The notes under the pieces: generated by a model
Seen by the model: the letters and a program-made list of their open reading frames with translations, nothing else
What the model was told of the DNA's origin: nothing
Databases searched by the model: none
Made by a program: the position numbers and the translations under genes
Assembly: GCA_002633005.1 (NCBI GenBank)
Contig: NMRA01000006.1
Location: 1,071,021-1,135,020, forward strand
DNA length: 64,000 nucleotides
From: Phoronis australis
Lineage: Eukaryota; Animalia; Phoronida
Reading direction: 5' to 3'
Part shown: piece by piece, positions 38,701 to 50,573 of the stretch
Position numbering within the stretch: the first letter of the stretch is position 1
Layout: every line of letters begins with the position of its first letter

Positions 38701-41700
38701 ACTGGTGGACCGTAACAGCACCTCAGGTGCACGGTACCTAAAACATCAACACAACTCAATACAGCTCACTCACCACAGAGGGCTGTTTAACATGTAAAAA
38801 TAGGTTTGTATTCATGAGCTTGACATTTTTCAGTTTTTTGTTGTATTTCGTTTCTGGAGCACCTTTTGGAAAGACGATTCTCAAAGTTCTAAAGGCACAA
38901 CACAATAAAAATGATTATAGAAACATAGATGAAATTCTCTTTGATTGAAAGTAGAGGGAATGATGCAAAACACAAAGCCGGTCTTTAGGCTTTAATTTGA
39001 GCCAGATTGTAACAAAGCCAAAGAGTCACACTGTTCAATGCTAGTGTCACAAGTATCTGATTCTCGATGCCACGAGTGACTGCACCTTATATCAATGTCA
39101 TGTAGTGATTCAATTCTTAACATGCAGAGTCAATTTTAAACACTTAAAAGTCAACAAAAAACAATAAAGTAAATGAGAGCAGAGTTATATTTTCACTCAA
39201 ATTAAGCTGTTCCCCACCTGCAAACAACAATACCCATAGGGAATGTTCCACCAAAAACGTGCCAAGCAGAAATGTTTCAAAGACTGTAGTACTTGTTTTG
39301 AAGTAACTAATCGTGTCAGTTTTATACATCTAATAACATTTCATTTCATTCAATCAACTCAAATCCTGTACAGAGTTAGAAAACATGATTTTCCATAATC
39401 AAAAAAGTGAAATGTATAGAGTTCAGATTAAAAATGCTATGTCTCTTTAAATTACAAATACGCAAATGAAGTACTAGTTTACAAAGAATCCCGGGTCTTC
39501 TGGTGTGCCGGAAACCATCCGAGAACCAGTTACCAGTACAATCTCGTGAAAGTCTCGTTTTGCAAGACTATTTTTATGTAAATGGGTATGGTAATATGTC
39601 ACCGTTACCCTAATAAAACAAGGCACAGTTTTTATTATTTGTTTCTTTCGCTATCAAGTAACAATTGTGTAATATTTGGAATTACTAGGGTTTTTTATAT
39701 GTTCACATTTGTTTTCAGAGTATCAGTTGTCGTGTTTTCTTTAAAACTGCATTTTATTTACAATTTTTTTCTTTTTCCTGACTGTACTTGTACACACAGT
39801 TCTCCAGGAAGTCACTAGGTGGCGCTTGCTACAAATTTAAATATTCACGGTTTTAATGAGACACAGCATCTTTAAATCCGATTTTTCCATTTTGTAAATT
39901 AGCGAATTCCATTTTACTATTTCAAAGTGACAAATAAATGTAGAGGTTTCTGCACATGTAGCTGCATTTTACCAATAAGCTGAATGTCAGGTTTTTTGTT
40001 TCTCCAAACCACAAAAAGAACAGTACACCACCTTCAGAAGGCCTGAAGAACTAATTAAACATGTCTGCTGCATGTGGATGTGTGGCCAGAAAGAGTCTTT
40101 CTTGGATTAAAATTTTCAGTAAATTGAACACCAAAAATAGAATTATAATATCTCCTATAAATCCCATGAATTTCGTCCGCTTTGTGCTATTGCGGAAAAC
40201 CAGGGCATCTACAGCTTATTCATAAGGTGCAGCAAAATGTCCACTAACTTCAGCACAGCCTCTACCTAGCTCAAGACTTACCATCTTGTGGACACATAAT
40301 CTGTGTAGGGAGGTCTTGACCTAATCTCCCTGGCTAGACCAAAGTCTGCAATCTTGACGAGCTCTGCGCCGGAGCACAGTAGATTCTCCGGCTTCATATC
40401 ACGATGAAAGTAGCCGTGCTTGTGCATAAAAGCTAATCCTTGCAGTATCTGATACGAGATATTCCGTAGAACTGACTCTGGGAACAGTTTGTCTCTGAAA
40501 TGACAGGAGACAGTATCCATTAGAGCAGAAATAACCAGAAATCACCAGTATCCTAAACAATGTAATTTTCTGTTGATCAAAGACTGAATACCCGTACATT
40601 CAGTGATGCCACCGAACAACACAAACTATGCTTGCAACAAAATAGAACACTTGATTGTTTGTTTTCCCTTCTGGAGAAAGTAAAACAATTTATTTTTTGT
40701 CATAACTGTGCGTTGAATAGGTCAAAGCTTTCTGACAATATTAAACCTAATCCTACCAAGTCGTAGTAAATGTCATCGTCAAATGCTTTACTTTCCAGCT
40801 GCAGTACAAGCCATAAGTATTCAGAGAAAATGACCCACAATTCCCTGTCATGATGGCTGGGAAGAAGCAGTATTCATCACCAGCAGTTTTTCCTCATGAC
40901 CACAAATGAAGGGGAATTAACAGGAACATTAGTAAGATGGCTAAGCCATTTTGTATTTAGGATATTACCCCCTAAATCATAGTTACTACCAGGCCGTTAA
41001 TAGAATTAGCCGTCACGACGGGGAATGCTATTTTGTCTTTGTATGTGATAGGACAACAGTTTACAGGACTGTAGAGGCACCAGTATACTGTGTGGTAGGA
41101 CTACAGTTCACAGGACTGTAAAAGCACTAGTATACTGTGTGGTAGGACTACAGTTTACAGGACTGTAAAAGCACCAGTATACTGTGTGGTAGGACTACAG
41201 TTTACAGGGCTGTAGAGGCACCATTATACTGTGTGGTAGGACTACAGTTTACAGGGCTGTAGAGGCACCAGTATACTGTGTGGTAGGACTACAGTTTACA
41301 GGGCTGTAGAGGCACCAGTATACTGTGTGGTAGGACTACAGTTTAAAGGACTGTAAAAGCACCAGTATACAAGAGGACAACCACTTGTTAATTCACTAGA
41401 CTTTGTTGACATTCGTCACACAGTATTTCAGAGGCACAGGACCACTATGTTGTTGACATCACTAAACAAACATGTGGCACTGAGGCAATGTTGTGATGGA
41501 AATTTGATACTTGGCAACTGAGCGCAGCAATTCAACGAACATTTCAGGGACGCAAAGAAACGTACAAAAGTGGCAAAACTAACTGCTTCCTTCCAAAACA
41601 TCTGACTTAATTACATAGTTGACCATGAACTCCCATAGTGCTCCAGTCCCTCAACATCAATGCTATCAATATACCAACTTAAACATCACTTATTGAATTT

Positions 41701-44700
41701 CACTAGATAGGTAAACACATGTAAGAGTAACAATGATTGTTTCTAACAATCAAGTCTCCTCAGAACTTCATTTAACACCCAATGAGAGCTACAATGGAGA
41801 CATGAATTATGCATGTCCAACCATAGATTGTCTGTCCACAACACTCAAGGCCGGCCACCATTGGCCACAGGTATATTGTGTTTTGACTATTGATTAGCTC
41901 AGTGTCTTCTGTTTGATTTGCAAAGTAACAACATAGTAACAAGGGGAGATATGAAGACCAAACTAGTTAATAAAGAACAGTGTAAGCACATCCACAATAC
42001 TGGGTAATTCTAGTAGCCCCACCGACCCACCACCTCCTTGCACTTTTGCTGTTCATTTCTTATGGAATACAACTTCTAGTTATGAGTAAAAAATCTGTCT
42101 TCGGAATTGGCATAAATTTTTGAGACAATTGAATAATTGCAACTCAAACTCCTAGCACATTCTGGAAATAGTATCCGTTAAGTTTCTAAGCCAATAACCA
42201 GCTAAAACTTTCAAGATTCAGCTAATCCTCGTCATATTTTTGAATAAAAATAAAGTAATCATGAAATTTCCATTGTTTCAAATGAAAGACACGTTCCGTT
42301 GCTTTTGGGTCCTGCAAACTGGCATTTCACTTCAGACCTGTATATAAACATGAATTCTGTCCAATTTGAAAGAATTTTATAGCAGGGACATTTCTTTTTC
42401 ATTTTCATGCACAATACGCATGTCCATGTACCTGCATTTTTGTGCTCAATAGCTGGCACTTACATTTCTCGGCAATATTTCAAACAACAGGAGATTATTT
42501 AAATAAAATTCATTAAAACACAATACAGAATACAATAACAATGTAATACAATATTAAACAATTACACTCATCCTGAGTGACCCTAACACCAATTCACTGG
42601 ATCAAGCCAAGTAAAATTACAGCTGATCAGTAGTAATTCAAGACCAAGTAATAAAATTGACAATAATACCTTTTTGTAATATTCAGACCTAAAGCTATTA
42701 CGCAGGCTCTTGCAAAAATTCACAATACATCCATTACTCTATAACAAAAAACCTTTGCTCAAGTCATGTTTTAAAATATCCATTTATGTTATAGTTACCC
42801 CGCACATGCCTGGGTATTAACTTACATTAACAAAATACCAATGAAATATGGGGGAAGCTCATGAACCTAACAGTGGTTGTCAAAAGGACATGAAATTGGC
42901 AGAAACTCACTGATTATTGTCAAACTTATGGAGAACATTGCAAATAAAACCAGGAAAGAATTATGTATTTATCATTCCAGTATTTCATGCTGATAACTTT
43001 CTCAACAATAAAATTTCATCAATTTTTTGGAAAACAATAGAGCAGAGCAATGACACTGAGAAGTGGGGTCTGTTAAAATTACTTAAAATATTGAATATGG
43101 AACATAACACCCAAACATCGAAACTTGTCCAAAAATGTGAAATTTTTATTCAGATTTTTTCCAAAAAATGATTTATTTCAGACACCATTAAGTGACAATA
43201 ATTTCTTAGTGATCAGGTTTTTCCGTTAATTTCAAAATTAGACACACAAGGAAAACAATATCAAGCATGGGAAATTAAATTTTAAGATAAGTCTGAGGTC
43301 AAACGTGTAATTGCAATTCTTACCTGTCTTTCATCATCTGATAAAGATTCTCCTTCATGTACTCAAACACAAAGTAGAGATGGTCATTCTCTCGGATCAC
43401 TTCCTTTAGCTTCACTATGTTACTGTGGTTTAGTTTCCGTAGCGACTGAAACACCACCCAACACAATCAACAACTGACAAGCCAGTTTACAAATGGCCAA
43501 ATGCATGCCACACAAAAAATAATGAGAAAAGGCCAGTTCATGCGAGTTTTTGCAAGAAAATTTATGACATGAATGCAACAGTTGTAAAATTGTTAGCTGT
43601 GCTCATTGGAGTAAAAATATTGTAGAAAATCTACAAAATCAGGAAAAAAGACAGATGAAAGGGCTTAAAATGCAACACTCAAAAAAACTTCATAGCAACA
43701 AAAATGAAAATATCTTTATTGCAAATTAAGAAAGTCATGGACAAAATCTTTACTACAAGTTGACATGTATTTCCTACCTATGCGATCAATTTTTTCTCAC
43801 CCTAATCCATAACTAAATGAAACTGAATGTCATTTCCAGGAATATTTTATCAGGAGAGTCACCCATTTCCACAGTTGAATAACCTAGGTTCAGGATGGAA
43901 GGGGGGTACCAGGATTTAAAAAATCGCATTCTTGTTGAAACCATGTCATGCAGTTTTTATTATTAATGGACGCACTGTGCGCATTGTTTGATTTTGCAGT
44001 AAAAATTCTTCAATTCGCAACATAAATAACTTCTGAAATTCTTATTTTTCAGGTTTGATACAGTGTTAAAATTTTCACCAAAATGTCGTTAGGTGGGAAT
44101 TATTAAATCACACAAAGTAAGCTGAAAACAAATCAGAATTTCCAAAAACGCTATTTCGTAGAGAAATTTGACAAAATGAAATGTCACAAGTCCGCCATAT
44201 CGTGTCCTAAACTGAAGAATTTTTCTGTAATTCAAACTTCCAGTGAGCAACAATGTAACAAAAATTTGTTTTAAAAGCAGAATGACTGGGATGTAAAGAA
44301 TAACTGATTGGTAAAAGATTTCTTTCTGAAATGACCACCCTCCAATTGATACGACTTAATTTAATAATTTTAATGAATTATCACATGGGATATAAACTTT
44401 GCGAGCTAGCTAAACATAGATTAAAATAATCTCATTTTTTCAATCACAGCAATAGCCACATGCTGTTATAATACATAAGCCAAACACTGTTTTAATGGTA
44501 GTTAAGTTATACAACCCGTTTCTAAGGCATGAGAGTCATAATCAAATAAATGGTTTTGTAGTAGTGCTTATCAGCAAACACAAGCAGACTGGTGCTAAGA
44601 GCATACTCAGGTATCTGGGGAGAAGGTACTGTCCTTCACTTATCAACATGGTATTAATTGATACATCAACATTATATTTAACATGAGCCAAGACTCATGT

Positions 44701-46850
44701 TAAATATAATGTGTTGGACTTACTTGTAAACCAAACACCGATACTAAAGTGGTTACACTGGTGAATTTAGGAAATCATGTGGGGCCCACCACAATATCCA
44801 AAGTCAAAATACTCCAGACAGTCATAAACATCCCTAATATACGCATAAGCTGGTGCTTCTTTAGTCACTCCCAAGTGGAAAGCACCTCCCTAAATCTGGT
44901 CGATTACCAATGATAGTAAACTTCATGAATTAGATCAAATCAAATAAAATAATTTGTTAAAATCTAAACATGTTGTAACGTAACCAAAAGCCTACAGTTG
45001 TTTTCGTATCTTAAAAATGTGACGTCACAAGTGCATTATGTAGTTGGGACCAAAAAGCAGCTAATCAAGTCATCCAAAATGAGCTGCAACAAGTGCTAAA
45101 GAATGACTTGCATTAAATCTATAGGGACATTTCACAATGCAATAATCTGACAGTGTTCTTTTTTAATTACCAGATGTTTATCTGGACACAGGGTGGTATA
45201 CATTTGTATTTAGAGGACCATGGAGTGGATATAATTTACCCTTTCCTCCACAACCAATAACAGCAACAGTTGTAGTAATATAACAAGTATCCATTTGTAC
45301 AATAAAACCCTGCCAGTTGTATTCATGAGGCAATTCAGTTCTTAAATGGGATTACACAAAGAATTAGCAGTGCATAAACAGGGCATACACTAGAGTTCAA
45401 CAAAGGTTCCTTGGCATTATTCCCAAATGTTGATATACAAAGAATACAACCATTAGTAGCACTTAATATACAGGTTAAATCAAATTGTATTCAGCAGGAC
45501 AAGCACTCAATTACAAGGCTGACAAAAACGGGCTGGGCAATATTTCCCCAGTTACCAGGGGCATGAACAGACCCTAGCATTAGTACTGCTCTACACTTTA
45601 AGATCAAGCTGGGTATCTGCACATCCCAGAGGTTTAAATATACGGTAGTTCAATGAGGTGTTTGAACTCACCCAATATGTTAGAGTTTTGAACTCCGTTT
45701 TCAATTTATCATATTCGCAGCAATTCTTGAAATCAAAATCCAACAATAGTTGGTCATCATGAGAAAGGAACACAAAAATACACTCACTTTGACTTCTCTT
45801 AGACTTAAGCATTCGTCCCAAGAGTAAAACTTCTTCTTCATTCTGAAAAGTAACACCAATACATTAATCAAAATACTGGTGTGGATAACAAGAGACATGC
45901 TGCAACCACTAGAAGTTAAGAAATAAAACAAAAAGCAAGAATTAGCCAATAAAAAATGATTTCAAAACCAAGTCTAGCCAACAAGCGTAGAAAAGCAACC
46001 TATTGTGTCGGTGACATAAATAGACATTGAAACAGAATGTGATACAAGGTTTACTTTAGAGGCAAAAATGACAACAGTGTCATTGGATAAAGTGCTAACG
46101 AAACCACAAGGAATTTAGCTAGTCAAACAAGCTGTCCATGAAGGGGTTACTTTCGACAGCAGGTAGTTTGTTTCCTCACAGCAGTTTTAGGGTAGCTCCA
46201 ACAGCCAGCAAAAGGGACACTTTTAACTGTTCACATAAAGTGCCAGCGTTTTATAACGTTTGAGAACCAGGGTACAACTATGAGATGAGATCAGGGTGTT
46301 ATAGCTGCAACTAGTGAAGACATATGACATGATGTCCCTCGATAGCAACAAGTATTAGTTTGCAAAGTTATAGAAAATGGCAGCTCAACACAGATCCACA
46401 GTAGGATACAAATTATTGCTTTTCCAGCTAGATTGAACATATTCACGACAACTGTCTGAATATGTGAGAGAATAACTCAATTATTTACATCAACAGGGTC
46501 TTCACTCACCTGAGAGAAAAGGTGCCTGTACCTTTTTAAAGGGGAATTTTTGCGGCATTTTTACTGACTAAGACTGGGAAGAGGGGAATGCTTGTGAGGT
46601 TCATTTGTTGCACTGCTTTTTATGACAATGGCATACTACATACCATGAGGGGAATTTCTGATCATTTAGAGGGGAAATTTTGACTTGATAAGGGTAATTT
46701 CGCATGATTTTTGAATATTTTTGAGAGGGGAAGCTTCCTGGCTACTCACTTCTTTATTGCCACCTTCTCCCCACCTTCTATTGTCGTCGCCAACAAGACA
46801 CTGCCATACGTGCCATCTCCCAACTGTTTAGACACGTGGTAACGATTCAT
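32779..46850 (-). CDS. MAK: MAK/ICK (CILK1) family Ser/Thr kinase, about 540 aa. Exons (-): 46850-46750, 45842-45788, 43445-43324, 40494-40282, 38737-38566, 37992-37825, 37462-37280, 36169-35994, 35286-35051, 33911-33843, 33338-33227, 32794-32779
   Basis: [15 protein letters not shown]...[30 protein letters not shown]...[10 protein letters not shown]...[27 protein letters not shown] (TDY activation loop), SAKQHY..ARYLPG, and C-terminal GRTDWAAKY. Twelve GT-AG exons sum to 1623 nt in frame. MAK vs ICK cannot be resolved; it is likely a co-ortholog of both. Confidence 0.95.
33434..33565. repeat. 44-bp tandem repeat x3 (MAK intron)
   Basis: acagagcttaaccagcacatatgtgatacacttgtaacataatt units, nearly identical. 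Confidence 0.9.
36234..36823. mobile_element. Non-autonomous piggyBac-like element, 590 bp
   Basis: TTAA|cccttatcctgc ... gcaggataaggg|TTAA: 12-bp TIRs starting CCC with a TTAA TSD. No transposase ORF. Confidence 0.85.
41049..41370. repeat. 47-bp minisatellite, about 7 copies (MAK intron)
   Basis: ggactacagtttacagg(a/g)ctgta(g/a)a(g/a)gcaccagtatactgtgtggta, head to tail. Confidence 0.95.
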
Positions 46851-49159
46851 TGTCAACTCAGCAAGTCATGTCCATGTACAAATAGTTCAAAGATAAATAA
46901 TTCCCAATCTAGCACAAAAAGCAACGTCCTTCTTTACGTCTCCACTTTTCCTAATCTTGGTATTGTCATACTGGACAGCTTTCACTGGAGTTCTCAAGCA
47001 AACATAACCTGAAATAAAAATATAGCATCTAAAATGAAGCAAACATGATAATATCACAGTTAAAGGTACTTTTCTACAAAGCTATGATCAGGAAATCAGG
47101 GAAAACAAAAGAAGCATTAAAACTGGTAGCCAGATGTCACTGCTCTGTAGTGTGAAAGAATTATTTAATATTTTGGCACTACTAATTCTTATTTAGCTCT
47201 TTATAATTATGTAACTCTGAGACACGCATCACGGTTGGTTTAAGCCTTGGTATAAAACTGTATGCAGCTTTGGAGTGGCAAAATAAACTCTGACATTTTA
47301 TGTCATTAAAAAATTCACTCTGTAAAGCAAATACGTTATGGTGCAAAAAATTACCATAAAAGCCTTGTTGTGATGTTAAATTTGTGGAGCAATAAAATGC
47401 GTCGGCCTTCAGCGACATGAGAAAGAGTATCTATTGGTGGATGCTTCAATCAACAGCTTATTGTTCTTCTACCACAAAGTTACATACAGTTCACAACCAA
47501 TTACTGAAGCTGGTTTCACTTTGTTACTAGTACGTAAGTTGCAGGGCCCACAATCCCTCAATTTCGGAGCCGAACATCGGCCCCACTCCCCTGTCAGCAA
47601 CTTTCCCCTTGGGTGATCGAGGGACCTGACTTAATTGTTAACAACAAATTAAATTTCTAAGAAAATTTTGCTCGGTGAAGATGTCAGTATCATGTTGCAT
47701 AAATCCAGCCCATGGAGAATGCACGAGTCACAAGTATTTTTTATTCAAGTTGACGACAGAGTTACCTCTCTAGCTGACAAAGCCAGAGAATGTTGTAGGT
47801 AGACGGCATTTTTACAATTGCTTTTTAGAAACATGCAGATGAAATGAGTAATGCAAGTGTAGGCGGAATACCAGATTTGCAAGTGTATTTGCACCAGCTC
47901 TATATGTTGATACATAGCTTTCATTACCAAGTGACAGACCTGGTCAGTGCGTAATTCGAAGCCTGGAGGTCTGTATAATTTAGCCGGATGTTAAGTCTAC
48001 TCCACTTATAAATCAATAGGCTTGTAACTCAGAGACGACAAACAGAGTGAAGACCTTTTCCTCAAAAACTGGGACAGTAAATAACCAATTTTTGCCTCAA
48101 GAGGGCCAATGGAAAAATATAGATAAATGAAGAGCCTCAACTGCTCAAGACTGCCAGTGACACTGTCACTCAATCATGTCACTGTCTCATTTGACAACTC
48201 GATCATTAACTGTTAACAGGTACATTAATATTCACCTTTCTTAAAAGTTTACGCCGTCTTTTTCAACGGTTATTAACATAATCAAAGACAAATGCTAATG
48301 AAATGTTCCGTTTACCATGATTACTGTGACACAGTTGAAGTTCAGTGTGACAATTTTTCATCTTTCGGTCTTTGACAACGGGAAGCGTTTTGCAGCATTG
48401 ATTTCCAATGCAGAACAACTTTTACAGCCCACACAGTTGATCAGTTTTCTCAAATACTACCGTTTACGATCAAGCCAAACGAAAGTATTTGACTATGAAA
48501 CATCCAAATTTCAACCTGGACGCCGATGAAAATTCTAAAAAGAAGAAAAGGGTAACTTATCCAAGGTTTTATGCTCGAATTACCAAACACTTACCTCCAG
48601 TGTTCGTCCATCTTGAATGTTTGTCACTGTTTTGCTCATTTGCATATTGGATACAGCGTAACGAAGGGAGATAATTTCAAAACGATGGCCACCTTGCGGA
48701 TAAATGCAAAACTATTCTACTTGGATAAGCCCGGCCAACACCGGCCGACTAAACAGAGTGAATGCGAGCACACCAAGATGAAGTAAATTTGCTCAGAGTG
48801 TTCTGTGAAAGAAATTTGATTGTAAAATCTAGTGTGATCTTACTCATTCTCCAACACTATTTTAATTTTCAATCAAATGTCAAACCATTTTGAATCTAAT
48901 ATTTTTAATGACTACTGGTGCCTGGCTTCCGTGTTGACTTTAGTTGCAGCACTACCGGCCTTACTTAGCTCTCTTGAAGACTGGCGTAAAACCCAAGATG
49001 AACAAAAATGCACTGCAGAAGTACTCATGGATCTTTCTAAAGCTCCCTTTTGATCTCCAAACTTAAAGCTTACAAATTTGATGACCGTGACAATATGCCG
49101 TAGCCCTACTTGGGAATTATCTCTCCAACAGGAAACAACAAGTGAAACTAGGCTAGCAC

Positions 49160-50427
49160 TCAAGTGAATGGGGCCATGTATACAAGGGTGTACCTCAAGG
49201 ATCCATCCTGGGACCCCTTCCGTCTTTAATATTTTCATCAATGACATCTTCTTCTTTCGTTGTGAAAAAAATCCGACTACACTGTTCAACTACGCAGATG
49301 ACAACACCCTCTCCTTCTCCGACAACAACCACTCTCCGTTACTGAATCCCTAAGACAAGATAGTGAATCACTCATCAACTGGTTCGCTGTAAATGGCATG
49401 CAAGCAAATCCTGGCAAATTCCAAGCAATCTGCATAGGGAAAAACTTTGAACACATTCTGTAGAACCCTCTCCAAGGAATTGCGATAGCTTGTGAGCCGA
49501 AAGTTAAACTTCTAGGAATAGCCATAGGATACCAACTTAACTTTTGACTCCCATATTTCGAACATTTGCAAAAGAGCCTCACAACAAATAAACGTTCTAA
49601 GAAGAATTGGACACCATCTTACGATTAAGGGTAGACTTGCCATTTTTCACTCCTTCGTCGTTTCAAATTTCAGCTACTGCCCCCTATGGCATTTTTGCTC
49701 GAAAGAAAATACACTCAAACTAGAAAAACTTCAGCTCAGAGCCCTACGTTTTGTTTACAATGACGACATTAGCACGCACGACCAACTACTCTCTCTAGCT
49801 AACAAACCACCCTTTCACCTCACACAGACTTCGACTTACTGCAATAGAAGTATTTAAAATCCTTCTTGGTGAATCACCCAAGACACTTTCTTCACTTGTA
49901 AAGAAGCAAGAAAACAATTACTCCTTCCGCTACAGCAACCTTCTAGCTTTTCCTCAAGTTAAATCTGTTAAATATGGAAAACAATCTTTTCGCTTCGAGG
50001 CTGCTCGGGTCTGGAACAGTCTGCCGAATCTGTTGCGCACAACAGAGTCTTTCACTTCCGTGGACTGCTTCGGACCTGGACTGGTCCTAAATGCAGCTGT
50101 TCTCTTTGTGAACACTCCAGGTTATACTGTAATTAGTGTATACACTCGTTTCTCTTATGATTTATCTAGATTATAGCATTTACACCGTGACGTGTACCCA
50201 TTATTGTTTATGCTCATTTGACCATAGCCAAGTACATAGTTTAGCGATTACGACAACTTTACTTTTATTTACAATTATGTCTCTGTTATTCTCCGCCTCT
50301 AACTTAAGTTCCATTTTCTTCATGTTTTTCTGTTAAATTTAAAGTCGTAGTAATAGCCCAACTGGCTAATGTTAATCTGTTCTCCGAACGACGTTAAATA
50401 AAGCTTCTTGAATCTTGAATCTTGAAT
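49160..50427 (+). mobile_element. 5'-truncated, decayed non-LTR retrotransposon (CR1/L2-group LINE): RT C-terminal half plus 3' tail
   Basis: KGVPQGSILG..FNIFINDI...LFNYADDNTL (YADD at 49291), NWF..NGMQANPGKFQ, VKLLGI, FSYCP, LEKLQLRALRFV, with frameshifts and stops. It ends in aaataaa followed by (cttgaat)3. Confidence 0.9.
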
Positions 50428-50515
50428 GATGACCGGATCGAGTAGCCGGGCCTGCTCAAAGCGATCGGCGGGATGACTGAACTGGGGCGTACATATTGCT
50501 TTGGCTATCATTTTG

Positions 50516-50573
50516 TAGGCAATGACCATCGCCTCTGTTGGCCCGAACCAACAGAGGCGATGGTCATTGCCTA
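50516..50573. mobile_element. 58-bp minimal hAT-type element (perfect hairpin)
   Basis: 26-bp perfect inverted repeat taggcaatgaccatcgcctctgttgg / ccaacagaggcgatggtcattgccta with a 6-nt loop, and an 8-bp TSD TCATTTTG at 50508-50515 and 50574-50581. Confidence 0.85.

Noticed and set aside
41049-41370. Regular array resembling CRISPR
   Set aside because: The units are contiguous 47-mers without unique spacers, the context is a eukaryotic intron, and there are no cas genes.
48912-49582. Minus-strand ORFs
   Set aside because: They are antisense shadows of the LINE reverse transcriptase.
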